A stretch of 61,381 nucleotides of DNA from Terriglobales bacterium (GCA_036491415.1 DASXCC010000132.1:1-61381); one strand, 5' to 3'. Shown: positions 1-9,411, numbered from the stretch's first letter. Notes: a model not told the origin generated them from the letters alone. Program-made: numbers and translations.

Positions 1-149
1 TTTCTCATGACCGTTCCAGAAACATCGTCGGAATGTGGACTTGTCCACCCGCCATGCGCGAAGCCGCCACTGGTATCTTCCTCTGGCCCGCCTGGAGCTT
101 GTATGACACCATCCAGGGAGATAAATTCAAGCACATTAATTTTTCTCAT
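1..149 (-). CDS. dihydrofolate reductase family protein (RibD C-terminal-domain type); only the first 49 codons, gene runs off the left edge
   Basis: Minus-strand ATG at 149..147, preceded by GAAGGAGAA with a 7-nt spacer. Translation MRKINVLEFISLDGVIQAPGGPEEDTSGGFAHGGWTS is a typical N-terminus of this family. Not in the ORF track because it is truncated. Confidence 0.7.
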   Translation of the reverse strand, partial: MRKINVLEFISLDGVIQAPGGPEEDTSGGFAHGGWTSPHSDDVSGTVMR

Positions 150-183
150 GACTGAGTTCTCCTTCGAGTCCTATTGATTTGTT

Positions 184-214
184 TCATTGCGAGCAGCACA
201 GCCTTGTGTGCTGG
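184..214. repeat. REP-like intergenic element (TCATTGCGAGC core plus 7-bp hairpin CAGCACA/TGTGCTG)
   Basis: The core resembles the GTCATYSYGAGCGAAG motif seen again at 11533, 12465 and 44065. It accounts for the spurious ORF at 174..359. Confidence 0.35.
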
Positions 215-377
215 TCGTTCATCTTATAGTCGTTTGCAGACGAGGAAAATCGACAGCCGTGGCGAATTATTTTTGGAAAAAATGAGGGCAGGACCTGACG
301 TTCACCAATCTCAATGGTTCGAAAAGATGGGGAAAGGCCCAGAAAGGAATTCTGCTTGAACTCTTACTCTTACTCTC

Positions 378-908
378 TTACTCTCCAGGAGCGACTTGCG
401 CCGGAGCCCCGCCCAGCACTTCAACCTGATTGAATACTGCATTCGCTCCAATGTGCGCAGGGATGGGAGCAAGCATTTGTTCTTTGCGGTAAACCAAATT
501 GCTGGCGTTGAAAGTAGCCAACTCAAAACCGTGTCCGTGAGTGATAGCGTCGGTGGGGCAAGCTTCCACGCAGTATCCGCAGAAAATGCAGCGGTTGTAG
601 TCTATGTTGTAAACCTTGGCGTAGCGCTCGGCGCCGCTTACGCGCTTGTCCGCGGTATTGTCAGCCGCTTCAATGTAAATGCAGTTCGAAGGACACGCGG
701 CTGCGCACAGGAAGCAGGCCACGCACTTTTCCAAGCCGTTCTCGTCCCGCTGCAAAACGTGCACGCCGCGAAAACGTTCCTGAAATTTTGCGCCACGAAG
801 CGGACCTGGACCGTCAGGATAGTTTTCAACCACTGTGGGCTTGAACATCTCCATGAAGGTGATGCTCATCCCCTTGGCAATCGCGGAGATGTTCTCTAGC
901 ACTGACAT
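378..908 (-). CDS. nuoI: NADH-quinone oxidoreductase subunit I (2x[4Fe-4S] ferredoxin-type)
   Basis: Two CxxCxxCxxxCP motifs (CVACFLCAAACP, CIFCGYCVEACP) and the YPDGP..RFRG N-terminal signature. The ORF opens with TTG at 914, but the ATG at 908 fits homologue N-termini. No other nuo genes are adjacent. Confidence 0.9.
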   Translation of the reverse strand: MSVLENISAIAKGMSITFMEMFKPTVVENYPDGPGPLRGAKFQERFRGVHVLQRDENGLEKCVACFLCAAACPSNCIYIEAADNTADKRVSGAERYAKVYNIDYNRCIFCGYCVEACPTDAITHGHGFELATFNASNLVYRKEQMLAPIPAHIGANAVFNQVEVLGGAPAQVAPGE

Positions 909-916
909 TTGCAAAT

Positions 917-922
917 AGTATA
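917..922 (-). promoter_or_regulatory. -10-like hexamer TATACT exactly 8 nt upstream of the nuoI ATG (leaderless-type arrangement)
   Basis: Minus strand reads ccgtTATACTatttgcaaATG. There is no purine-rich SD. Confidence 0.4.
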
Positions 923-941
923 ACGGATACCTTGAAGATGT

Positions 942-969
942 GCAGCTACCGCAGATCAGCGGTAGCTGC
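942..969. promoter_or_regulatory. perfect 11-bp inverted repeat GCAGCTACCGC-N6-GCGGTAGCTGC
   Basis: Read directly. It lies 20-47 nt upstream of the TATACT hexamer of nuoI. No U-tract follows on either strand, so it does not look like a terminator. Confidence 0.4.
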
Positions 970-1080
970 TGAGGTTGGAGGCGTACATCCTACTGACCGC
1001 ATTGAGTTTCCTGCGACGGAATTTGGGATGACCGATGTAATGTTCCGGCCTATTCCGCGCGCATAAATCGTGGCTTTCGC

Positions 1081-2190
1081 GTGCTAGCATCGGACAATTT
1101 TATGATGGGCATGCTCTCGAGTGGCGCAGGTATGTTCCCTTCCGATGCAGCCATTTTGCTGCTGCCTCTTGCCCTGTGCGTCTATTACACGATCGCCTGG
1201 ACGATTGTGGGACGCGGGCCGAAGGCAGGGCCCGTGGTTGCGCAATATACCGCGCCAGCCGATATGTCTCCTGCAGAAGCGCGTTACCTTTTTACCGGCA
1301 AGAGCGATTACAAAACGACCTCGGCTGTGTTGGCGCATCTGGCGGCCCAGAAAGTCATCTCCATTCAACCGGAACAGAATGGATATCGAGTTACGCGTCT
1401 GATGGAGGAGCTGCCTCCAAATTTTACCGCCGAAGAAGCGGCGGCGTTCCGCGCCATTCAGGAAGTAGAAACGTTCCACAACCCGATGGACAAAGATCAC
1501 GCTCTGCATCCGCAAAGTTTTCTGCTGAAGCCGGTGCGCAATGACAATTATGTTTCTCTTATCGGAAGTGTGATTGCGGGAGCGCTGATGAAGCGCGTGC
1601 AAGGGCAGTATTTCGATCGTAATCTCCGTTATTCGATGCCCGCGATTGCTGTCTCCATAATCATCGCCTTCGTGCATGCCGGATCTTTTGCTGCCTCCGG
1701 CATTATGTTCCTGACATTGTGGTTTTTATTTTGCGGACTCATGATCAGCCTGATCTTCGCCACAAACGTTGTACCACTCATACGCGACGCAGCCGAAGGC
1801 CGGTTGAATTTTTCCTACATGATGGCGATGTGTTTGCCTCTCTGTGCTTTCATTGCGGCTTTGATTTACGTGGACTCGAAGATATGGAAGGAAACGACTC
1901 TTGCGTTCGGCCTCTCACTTGGATTGCTGGTGGTCGTCCATACAGTATTTAGTTTGTTATTGAGTACGATGACGGCACGCGGGCGCAAATGCCTCGACGA
2001 ACTGCTGGGCTTTCGTCAATTTCTTTCTACTGTAGAGCTCGATCGATTGAATCGGCTGAATGATCCTCGCCTGGCGCCAACCGTGGTAAACGACTACCTT
2101 GCCTATGCGATTGCTCTTGATCTGAAAGATGCGTGGGGAGATCACTTGAGCAGCGCACTGTTCGCGACCAGCACCACTTCGGGCGCGTAG
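1081..2190 (+). CDS. DUF2207-like multi-pass membrane protein (matches only the membrane/C-terminal half of the family)
   Basis: A TM helix is followed by GRGPKAGPVVAQYTAPADMSPAEARYL and a C-terminal DYLAYAIALDLKDAWGDHL. The start is uncertain (GTG 1081, or ATG 1102/1111/1132). Confidence 0.6.
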   Translation: MLASDNFMMGMLSSGAGMFPSDAAILLLPLALCVYYTIAWTIVGRGPKAGPVVAQYTAPADMSPAEARYLFTGKSDYKTTSAVLAHLAAQKVISIQPEQNGYRVTRLMEELPPNFTAEEAAAFRAIQEVETFHNPMDKDHALHPQSFLLKPVRNDNYVSLIGSVIAGALMKRVQGQYFDRNLRYSMPAIAVSIIIAFVHAGSFAASGIMFLTLWFLFCGLMISLIFATNVVPLIRDAAEGRLNFSYMMAMCLPLCAFIAALIYVDSKIWKETTLAFGLSLGLLVVVHTVFSLLLSTMTARGRKCLDELLGFRQFLSTVELDRLNRLNDPRLAPTVVNDYLAYAIALDLKDAWGDHLSSALFATSTTSGA

Positions 2191-2197
2191 TTCCCTT

Positions 2198-3940
2198 CTA
2201 CTTTCCACCCTTAGGTTTGTTGTCAATTTTCTTTTCGATCTTCGTCCAAGCGTCTTTCAACGCAACCGTGCGATTGAAAACCAGTTTGTCAGCGGTGGTA
2301 TCGGGATCGACACAGAAATATCCCAAGCGCTCGAACTGATAGCGGCTGCCCGGAGGCGCACCTTTTAAGGAAGGCTCGAGCTTTGCATCACTCACGACTT
2401 CTAACGAATTGGGATTCAGGTTTGCGGTGAAATCCTGCCCTTCGTCAACCTTGTTCGGATCTTCTTTGGTGAACAGGCTCTCGTAAATCCGCACTTCCGT
2501 ATTGAGTGCATGCTGCGCGGAAACCCAGTGAATGGTGGACTTCACTTTGCGGCCATCCGGAGAGTTTCCTCCTTTGCTCGCCGGATCATAGGTGCAATGC
2601 ACTTCAATCACTTCCCCCACATCGTTTTTGACCACGCCGGTGCAGGTAACGAAGTATCCATAGCGCAGGCGAACTTCGCGGCCGGGCGATAAGCGGAAAT
2701 ACTGCTTGGGTGGGTCTTCGCGGAAGTCATCCTGTTCAATGTAAAGCATGCGCGAGAACGGGACGTTCCGCGTTCCGGCACTGGCATCTTCCGGATTGTT
2801 CACCGCGTCCATCATCTCAACCTGCTCTTCGAGATAGTTATCGATGACCAGCTTTAATGGGCGCAGCACCGCCATCACACGCAGTGCGCGTTTGTTCAGG
2901 TCTTCGCGGACGAAGTGTTCGAGCATCCCCAGCTCGATGGTGCCGTTGGTTTTCGATAATCCAATGGCGGCGCAGAAATTGCGGATCGCTTCCGGCGTGT
3001 AGCCACGGCGGCGAATACCGGAGATGGTTGGCATGCGGGGATCATCCCATCCTCGCACATGCTTGTCTTCCACCAGCGTCAGCAATTTACGTTTGCTGAG
3101 CACGGTGTATGTAAGATTCAGACGATCAAATTCAATTTGTTGCGGATGGTAAATTCCAAGCTGCTCGACGAACCAATCATAAAGAGGACGATGGTCTTCA
3201 AACTCCAGGGTACAAACCGAGTGCGTGATGCGCTCGATGGAATCCGATTCGCCATGCGCGAAGTCGTACATGGGATAAATGCACCATTTGTTGCCCGTGC
3301 GATGGTGCTCCGCATGAAGGATGCGGTACATCACAGGATCACGCATGTTCAAGTTTGGCGAAGCCATGTCAACCTTCGCGCGCAACACACGGGAACCATC
3401 GGGAAATTCGCCTTTGCGCATGCGCTCGAACAGATCGAGATTTTCTTCCACGGAACGGTTGCGGTAGGGGCTTTCTTTCCCCGGCTCGGTCAAGGTACCG
3501 CGGTGTTTGCGAATCTCGTCGGCGGTCAGATCATCCACGTAGGCCTTACCGGCTTTAATCAGCTGAACCGCCCATTCATAAAGCTGGCCAAAATAATCTG
3601 AGGCGTAAAAGATGCGGTCTTCCCAGTCGAAACCAAGCCAGCGGACATTGTCCTGGATGGACTCAACGTATTCCGTCTCTTCCCGTGAAGGATTTGTGTC
3701 GTCGAAGCGCAGGTTGGTCTTGCCGCCAAACTCTTTCGCCAATCCGAAGTTCAGGCAGATGGATTTTGCGTGGCCAAGGTGAAGATATCCGTTGGGCTCA
3801 GGTGGAAAGCGGGTGTGCACACGGCCCTGGAACTTGCCGGTTTTTAAGTCTTCCAGAACAATTTCGCGGATGAAATTCGATGGCGCTGCCGGAGTTGCCG
3901 GCGCGGCGGCCGCCGCTTCTACTTTGGGGGCATTTGACAT
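2198..3940 (-). CDS. glnS: glutamine--tRNA ligase
   Basis: HIGH-type motif ([14 protein letters not shown]), KMSKS-type motif (VLSKRKL), and full-length class I GlnRS similarity. Confidence 0.97.
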   Translation of the reverse strand: MSNAPKVEAAAAAPATPAAPSNFIREIVLEDLKTGKFQGRVHTRFPPEPNGYLHLGHAKSICLNFGLAKEFGGKTNLRFDDTNPSREETEYVESIQDNVRWLGFDWEDRIFYASDYFGQLYEWAVQLIKAGKAYVDDLTADEIRKHRGTLTEPGKESPYRNRSVEENLDLFERMRKGEFPDGSRVLRAKVDMASPNLNMRDPVMYRILHAEHHRTGNKWCIYPMYDFAHGESDSIERITHSVCTLEFEDHRPLYDWFVEQLGIYHPQQIEFDRLNLTYTVLSKRKLLTLVEDKHVRGWDDPRMPTISGIRRRGYTPEAIRNFCAAIGLSKTNGTIELGMLEHFVREDLNKRALRVMAVLRPLKLVIDNYLEEQVEMMDAVNNPEDASAGTRNVPFSRMLYIEQDDFREDPPKQYFRLSPGREVRLRYGYFVTCTGVVKNDVGEVIEVHCTYDPASKGGNSPDGRKVKSTIHWVSAQHALNTEVRIYESLFTKEDPNKVDEGQDFTANLNPNSLEVVSDAKLEPSLKGAPPGSRYQFERLGYFCVDPDTTADKLVFNRTVALKDAWTKIEKKIDNKPKGGK

Positions 3941-4086
3941 AAGAATTGGATTGCCTGACTTTCAGGAGCCGAAGGCAAACTATTATTTTACTGGGCAATA
4001 CCGATTGGGGCAATTTGCTGATGGATACACGGGGAATTTCGCAACCCGTCGAGATTTGGCGGCTTCCGCTAAAATAGAGCCAATTT

Positions 4087-4524
4087 ATGAACACCCCCGC
4101 AGGAAGTAAAAAGTTGTACTTGCGCGCCCTCGGTTTTGCTTTGTTGGTTCTAGTGGTTGGTCAGCATTTCTTAAAAGCTGACGCAATTGCCAACACTCCG
4201 GAAACTCTCAAGCTCGATCCGGCAAAAATTGACTTCGGTTCCATTACGGTCGGGCAGAAAAGCGCAATGCAAAGCGCGACGTTAACGAATCCCGGAACGG
4301 CTCCCGCCACCATTGCCGGCATTCTGGTTTCCGGCATTGACTTCACATCCTCCAATGATTGCGGAGATCAGCTTGCCGCCGGAGCGCACTGTACGATACA
4401 GGTGACCTTTCAGCCGGCCATTTCCGGCGGGCGGATCGGGACCGTTATTATCACCACGATCCACGACAAGGCCAGCCCGCACATGCTGGTGCTGAATGGA
4501 ACCGGCGCTGACGCAGCAAAGTAA
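4087..4524 (+). CDS. secreted choice-of-anchor D / Ig-like beta-sandwich domain protein
   Basis: Signal peptide, then FGSITVGQKSAMQSATLTNPG...LVSGIDFTSSNDCG..LAAGAHCTIQVTFQP, the pattern typical of choice-of-anchor D domains. Confidence 0.6.
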   Translation: MNTPAGSKKLYLRALGFALLVLVVGQHFLKADAIANTPETLKLDPAKIDFGSITVGQKSAMQSATLTNPGTAPATIAGILVSGIDFTSSNDCGDQLAAGAHCTIQVTFQPAISGGRIGTVIITTIHDKASPHMLVLNGTGADAAK

Positions 4525-4528
4525 TCAT

Positions 4529-4556
4529 CGTAATTCTCCGAACGTAATTCTGCGAA
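4529..4556. repeat. two tandem 14-mers CGTAATTCT(C/G)CGAA
   Basis: 13/14 identical. They fill most of the 33-bp gap between two convergent stop codons. Confidence 0.8.
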
Positions 4557-4557
4557 C

Positions 4558-6087
4558 CTATTCACTCTCGATATATACCGGCGTAAGCGAGACGGCAAGA
4601 TGCAGCAGCTTGTCTTTCACCTCAACGGGAACAGCTTTGCCGAAAGCATCTTCCGCTACTGTCTTTTTGCTGTCCCACGTATAGGAGAATGTGACCGCAG
4701 GAGCGTCTTCGCCGGAGAACATGTCGCGCTGCTCCCAAATAACGTAAAGCGGCTTGCGCTTGTCGCGTTCAACTTTGAAGAGAAAAATCGTTGGGCGATC
4801 GGGAATGGGAATTTGTTTTACCTCACGCACGCCGAGAAGTTTGTGCGCCATCAGTTCGTAGGTGTCGGCAATCGGACGGCGATCTTTCAATTCCCCGTTT
4901 TCGGTCCCCACCATGCCGATCTTTCCATACATCAGGGTCATGAGATCATCGCGATCGGGAAAGTCTGCAAGAAACTGCCAGTACATCGCTTTCTGAATGC
5001 CCGCTGAAAAAGCAAACAGGTTACGCATTACCATGCCGCGCGATTGAATCCGGTTGTACCTGGCTTCGAGTTCCGGTGAACAGCCCTTCATAAATATCTG
5101 GGTTTCCGGCGCGAGCGTGCTCATTTTGTCGTAGAGTTGGGTAATGGGATTCTGCGGCCCACTCTTTCTTGCCGAAGAATTGGGATCGGAAAGCAGCTGT
5201 ATCCATTGTCCGGCCAGCGCAACATATTTCCGGTTCTCTGCGAATTCGAAAAGATTCGGGCCACCGTATTCGGTACAGATGATTGGCTTGTCATAGCCAA
5301 GCGTCAGCATTTTTTCGCGCATGAAATTCACGCGGGCGACAATGGTGTATGGATCGCCGTAGAGGCGCAGATCAAACACATCAAACGCGCTGCGGCCTTC
5401 CTTAAAAACGTAATCGAAGAATTCCAGACCAGCCTGCTGACCCGGAAACTGATGGGTTCCGGGAAGCCCGAAGAGTCCGTCATAACCTCCGACCACAACA
5501 ACCGCGTTGGGATCCGCATCTTTTACTGCTTTGTAAAAAACTTTGAGTTCGTCCACGAACTGCTCTTTCGTGCCCGCCCAGTAAATCGGATTATTCGGTT
5601 CAGAGTCGTTCTGCCAGTAGCGCACGCAGCCTTTGCAATGCTTCACCATGTCGTACACGACGCGATAGTAGTCATCCATATTTTTTGGCATAGAAGGCGG
5701 CAGCATGGTGGACGGTTTTTCCGTGGCCCAGGAAGAACTGGAAAACAGAGCGATCAATCCTTCTTCCGGCGAATCGAGTTGATCGGCAAATTTATCGACG
5801 GCGCTCCAGTCGTATTGGCCTTTCTGTGGCTCAATTTGGTTCCATATCAAATAAACCTTGGTTGCCGTTGGACCGCCGTTCATTTTGCGGAGCATGGGCA
5901 AATAATTTGCGGCTTTGATGCTTTCATAGCCATACAGAAATCCCCATCCCGCACCGACCGGCGGCCCCGGCATGGTAATGCGCAAATCGCGCTCGGGAAT
6001 TTGTGGAGAGAAATCCGGGATCTGGGCCATAAGAAACAGTGGCGAGATCAAAAGGGTGATGAGAATAATTCCGCTGAGTGTACTCAT
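4558..6087 (-). CDS. secreted glycoside hydrolase, clan GH-A (TIM barrel) type
   Basis: Signal peptide. Acid/base-like WQNDSEPNN and nucleophile-like ICTEYGGP motifs. ATG at 6087 lies 7 nt after AAGGAGG (the track start at 6093 is TTG). Confidence 0.7.
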   Translation of the reverse strand: MSTLSGIILITLLISPLFLMAQIPDFSPQIPERDLRITMPGPPVGAGWGFLYGYESIKAANYLPMLRKMNGGPTATKVYLIWNQIEPQKGQYDWSAVDKFADQLDSPEEGLIALFSSSSWATEKPSTMLPPSMPKNMDDYYRVVYDMVKHCKGCVRYWQNDSEPNNPIYWAGTKEQFVDELKVFYKAVKDADPNAVVVVGGYDGLFGLPGTHQFPGQQAGLEFFDYVFKEGRSAFDVFDLRLYGDPYTIVARVNFMREKMLTLGYDKPIICTEYGGPNLFEFAENRKYVALAGQWIQLLSDPNSSARKSGPQNPITQLYDKMSTLAPETQIFMKGCSPELEARYNRIQSRGMVMRNLFAFSAGIQKAMYWQFLADFPDRDDLMTLMYGKIGMVGTENGELKDRRPIADTYELMAHKLLGVREVKQIPIPDRPTIFLFKVERDKRKPLYVIWEQRDMFSGEDAPAVTFSYTWDSKKTVAEDAFGKAVPVEVKDKLLHLAVSLTPVYIESE

Positions 6088-6129
6088 AATCAAACCTCCT
6101 TACTTTTCGCGAGATCGTCGCTGCGACAT

Positions 6130-6834
6130 TTATCCCGCGATTGCGTTCTGAGAAGATTTTGAATTTTGCGCCGCGGCGGTTTCCGCCGCCAACTGCCGCA
6201 CTTGTTCTTCGACCAGCGGCTTCGTCTTCCGTCCCATGAAGGCGGCAAATCCTAGAAAGAGCGCCAGCGCGAAAAAATTGGGCGCAGTCGAAAGCCAAAT
6301 CGCGCGATCCACGGCGAACTTCTCCACGATGATGATGCGCAGCAAAGCGTCCGAAAGCAGGGCGATCCCCAGGCCAAACGTGGCGATTCTCTGCGCTTTA
6401 CGGAACTTGGCGGAACGTTCCCATGTCCGCTCGTAGGCGATATTGCGTTGCGGATCGCCTTGCGTGGCCATGGGACGGCCGCCTTCAAAGCTCAGGGGCT
6501 TGCCGACGATGGCATTGATCATTACGTACACTGCGGCCACGCCGGAATAAAGCGAAGGCTTGATGAGCAACAGTTTCGCGTTGTGGGCAAGAAATAACCA
6601 AACGATGGAAACCCCGATCTCCAGGATCACCACGATGCCGATCGCATCCAGTTTTTTTCTGCGCACCGTATTTACGACGGTGCTGGCGATGGCGATAAGA
6701 CTTCCCACAATCAGCGATACGAACGGTGAAAGACCAAATTTGCGCAGCAGGAAATAAATCGCCATCGGCGCGAAGATGTCGATCAAATAACCAATGAGTA
6801 TTTTTTTTGGGCTGTCGTTCTTTTCTGCCATCAT
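6130..6834 (-). CDS. multi-pass membrane protein, PadR-associated (VC0807/septation-protein-A-like; family assignment tentative)
   Basis: 5-6 predicted TM helices. The ATG overlaps the PadR stop (ATGA), and AGGAGGTG lies 6 nt upstream. Confidence 0.7.
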   Translation of the reverse strand: MMAEKNDSPKKILIGYLIDIFAPMAIYFLLRKFGLSPFVSLIVGSLIAIASTVVNTVRRKKLDAIGIVVILEIGVSIVWLFLAHNAKLLLIKPSLYSGVAAVYVMINAIVGKPLSFEGGRPMATQGDPQRNIAYERTWERSAKFRKAQRIATFGLGIALLSDALLRIIIVEKFAVDRAIWLSTAPNFFALALFLGFAAFMGRKTKPLVEEQVRQLAAETAAAQNSKSSQNAIAG

Positions 6835-7463
6835 GAACGCACCTCCTGTGCCTGATTTTTCTGGGCGCGAGCCGAACTAAGAATTTTTTCGAGGTCCCAA
6901 GTAAGCGCACCGGATTGCAGATCTTGAATCAAACTGCGGACCCACGCTAATTCGGCGATGCGCATGCTTCGCAGATATTCGGTTTCCAGCAAATTGATGC
7001 GGGACACCGCCAGCGGCAGCGCGGCTTCCATGGAAGTTCCCAAGCCGGCAATTTCTTTTTCCAGAGACTTCACGCGCAGCTCCATTTGCGCAGCCGCGAT
7101 TTCCGGAGACAGATACACCAGAAAGCTCAGGGATGCCATAAATTGCGAAGCCTCGTGGGTGGGAGTAGCAATCAACTGCTTTAGCCAACGGAGCAGTTCC
7201 TGCTCTCCTGCGGGGACGATTTTGTATGTGGTCCGCTCAGGACGACGTCCATTACGCGTCGTTTCCTGCGCTTCTATCAGGCCTGCGCGCTCCAGCCTTC
7301 CAATGGCGTGATACAACGATCCCTTCTTCAGAACCAGGACTTCGTCTTTGTGGCGGAGCCGGATCAGCGACTGCATTTCATAAGGGTGCATAGGCCCTTC
7401 ATGCAAAAGGCTAAGAACCGCCAACTCCCAGAGGCTGCTATGTTGTATGTCGTTTATTTTCAT
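6831..7463 (-). CDS. PadR family transcriptional regulator
   Basis: Winged-helix signature PMHPYEM..LKKGSLYHAIGRLERAGLIEA..TTYKIVPAGEQEL. Confidence 0.9.
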   Translation of the reverse strand: MKINDIQHSSLWELAVLSLLHEGPMHPYEMQSLIRLRHKDEVLVLKKGSLYHAIGRLERAGLIEAQETTRNGRRPERTTYKIVPAGEQELLRWLKQLIATPTHEASQFMASLSFLVYLSPEIAAAQMELRVKSLEKEIAGLGTSMEAALPLAVSRINLLETEYLRSMRIAELAWVRSLIQDLQSGALTWDLEKILSSARAQKNQAQEVRS

Positions 7464-7466
7464 GTT

Positions 7467-7480
7467 AGTTCATATGAACT
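7467..7480. promoter_or_regulatory. perfect 14-bp palindrome AGTTCATATGAACT, candidate PadR operator
   Basis: Sits 4 nt upstream of the PadR ATG and overlaps a TATAGT -10 candidate (7478..7483). A TTGCGT -35 candidate lies at 7500..7505 with a 16-nt spacer. A third AGTTC half-site is nearby. Confidence 0.5.
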
Positions 7481-7530
7481 ATATCATAAGAACTAGTAAA
7501 CGCAAGATGAAATTTAAGCAGATGAAGTGC

Positions 7531-7567
7531 AAACAAAAAAAAGCATTCCGGCGAAAGCCAAAATGCT
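7531..7567 (-). terminator. rho-independent terminator downstream of the cyclase gene
   Basis: Minus strand reads AGCATTttggctttcgccggAATGCT followed by TTTTTTTT. Confidence 0.65.
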
Positions 7568-7598
7568 CATTCCAAAGAACTTGATTGATTAGTCTGAT

Positions 7599-8333
7599 TT
7601 ACTGCTTGCGCAGAATGGCGCGCGCTGGAGCCGCCTCGTGGCCGACAATCCGCAGGGGCAGAATGATCAGCTGATAGTTCCCTGCCTCCACATTTGTTAG
7701 ATCCAGGCCTTCGACAATCGGGATTCCCTGGCCCAGCAACGTGCGGTGAGTTGCGGGATCCTTTGCATCGAAAACTTCGGCGGAGAGATAGTCAATGCCA
7801 ACCAGCTCCACACCTGCATCCGCCAGCAGTTTGGCCGCGTCCGGCGCGATGTAGGTAAAGTCTTTGTGGAAGGTGGGGTCGGTCATCCATTTATTGCGGC
7901 TGTTGCGCGTGCGGAACAGGAGGCGCTTGGCGCCCTTCCAGTCGTGCTTGTTCAGTTCAGCTGCATCAATCACCTTCGCATCCGCAGTGCAGTCGATCAC
8001 GCGGGCCGGTCCGATCAGGTGGCTCAGGGAAACTTCGTTGATGGGCGCGCCACCTTTAATGAAGTGCATGGGCGCGTCAATGTGAGTGCCAGCATGCGCT
8101 CCAAGCTGGTAGGTGGAAAGGGTCACGGGATCGCCCTTGCTAAGCTGCATGGAAAACTCGAATTTTAACGGCGCGTTGCCGGGATACACCGGAGTGGTTG
8201 CAGGATCGAGCGGCGCGGTCACGTCGATCCATTTCCCTTCCGCGTGCGATTGGGTTTGCGCAATGCTGTTCGTAGAAGCCATATGAAGACTTAGGATTAC
8301 AAATACTGCGAATAGTGTTGGTTGAAGTTTCAT
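7599..8333 (-). CDS. secreted cyclase family protein (kynurenine/aryl-formamidase fold)
   Basis: Signal peptide. HAGTHIDAPMH metal-binding motif of the putative-cyclase family. GGAG SD. Confidence 0.85.
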   Translation of the reverse strand: MKLQPTLFAVFVILSLHMASTNSIAQTQSHAEGKWIDVTAPLDPATTPVYPGNAPLKFEFSMQLSKGDPVTLSTYQLGAHAGTHIDAPMHFIKGGAPINEVSLSHLIGPARVIDCTADAKVIDAAELNKHDWKGAKRLLFRTRNSRNKWMTDPTFHKDFTYIAPDAAKLLADAGVELVGIDYLSAEVFDAKDPATHRTLLGQGIPIVEGLDLTNVEAGNYQLIILPLRIVGHEAAPARAILRKQ

Positions 8334-8490
8334 CGTTTCTCCTTGCCGGTAGCTGCGGTCGTTTTCGCGGGATCATTGTAGCTGCTGGCGGCTCCCGCAC
8401 GAGTTTTGCTGGAAAAGAGGGCCTTGCCGAACTGTATCCCTCTGCCCAAAGTAACTTGAGACTGGGAACGACCTGTCCTAGGATTTGCAC

Positions 8491-9411
8491 ATGTCTTCAG
8501 CGCCCACGCCTCCACAGCTTTCATCACCGATTGTTTCGGCGGCGATCCAGAAAAATTCCTGGTGGACGCAGAAGTCTCCGGTGTTTTTGTTCTTTACAGT
8601 TTTGCTGGCGGTGAGCGCGTTGCTCGCGTGGGGATTGCAGTCCGTCGGCAAGCAGGTGATTTCTTCACTCGAAGCGCAGGCTGCCTTGCCCGCGCATAAT
8701 TCGAGTTCGCAACAGTCTGCCAATTCTCCCGCACAAACGCAGGCTGAGGCATTGCTGCAACGAGTTGCAACTGGGGATTCCGGCGCGGCCGATGAGGTAT
8801 TGGAACAATCCGACCGCTGGCGGGGCAGGACGCAACGAACTACACGAGCAGACCAACTGCTGAGCATCTCGCTGAATTCCAGCAACATGCACACGCGGCA
8901 GGCTTCGCTGCAAGCGGAGCTGGCCATGGATGGCGTAGAGCGAAGCCAAGCTGGGCTAGACCGCCTGGAACAAGCCCTCGACGATCCAAGCCAACGCGCC
9001 TGGGCCTTATGGATGCTGGGAGCGCTCGGGAATCGCGGCGTGAATCCAGATCATGTAACGGGACTTATCGCTTCCTATGTAACGGACAGCGATGTAAACA
9101 CGCGAGCAGCGGCGGTCGATGGACTTTCGCTCTTAGCTACCGACGGCACGCTGCCGATATTGCTGGACCGTTTTCACAACGATCCTTCCCCTGCTGTGCA
9201 GGAACGCGCGGCTTGCGGACTGGCGCAGTCCGGCATGTACACGCACGAGCAGCGCATTACCGTGGCCTCAACTCTGGTGAATTGGCTCGATGACTCGCAA
9301 CTTAGCCCGCAGCAACGCTCGTGGAACTTGCAGGCTCTGCGCGATATTTCAGGACAAAACCTGGGAACAAACTCTTCAGAGTGGCGAAGCTGGTTGGACG
9401 CCGCGCATTAA
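8491..9411 (+). CDS. single-pass membrane protein with HEAT-like repeats
   Basis: TM helix (VFLFFTVLLAVSALLAWGL). C-terminal repeats of the type D..VR.AA..GL..L. ATG 8491 lies 7 nt after AGGA (the track start at 8485 is TTG). Confidence 0.6.
   Translation: MSSAPTPPQLSSPIVSAAIQKNSWWTQKSPVFLFFTVLLAVSALLAWGLQSVGKQVISSLEAQAALPAHNSSSQQSANSPAQTQAEALLQRVATGDSGAADEVLEQSDRWRGRTQRTTRADQLLSISLNSSNMHTRQASLQAELAMDGVERSQAGLDRLEQALDDPSQRAWALWMLGALGNRGVNPDHVTGLIASYVTDSDVNTRAAAVDGLSLLATDGTLPILLDRFHNDPSPAVQERAACGLAQSGMYTHEQRITVASTLVNWLDDSQLSPQQRSWNLQALRDISGQNLGTNSSEWRSWLDAAH

Noticed and set aside
174-359. 61-aa ORF in the DHFR/nuoI intergenic region
   Set aside because: It starts inside the REP-like element (peptide ...CFIASSTAL... 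derives from TCATTGCGAGCAGCAC). It has no SD and is the kind of spurious ORF these repeats generate.
396-899. 167-aa plus-strand ORF covering nuoI
   Set aside because: It is the antisense shadow of nuoI, whose two 4Fe-4S motifs settle which strand is coding.
5137-6162. 341-aa plus-strand ORF antisense to the glycoside hydrolase gene
   Set aside because: It has no SD or recognisable motif and an Arg/His-rich shadow composition. The opposite strand encodes a protein with a signal peptide and clan GH-A catalytic motifs. This is a typical antisense shadow ORF.
8478-8927. Cys-rich 149-aa minus-strand ORF opposite the HEAT-repeat membrane-protein gene
   Set aside because: It has no SD and a shadow-like composition. 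The plus-strand product has a TM helix and repeat structure.
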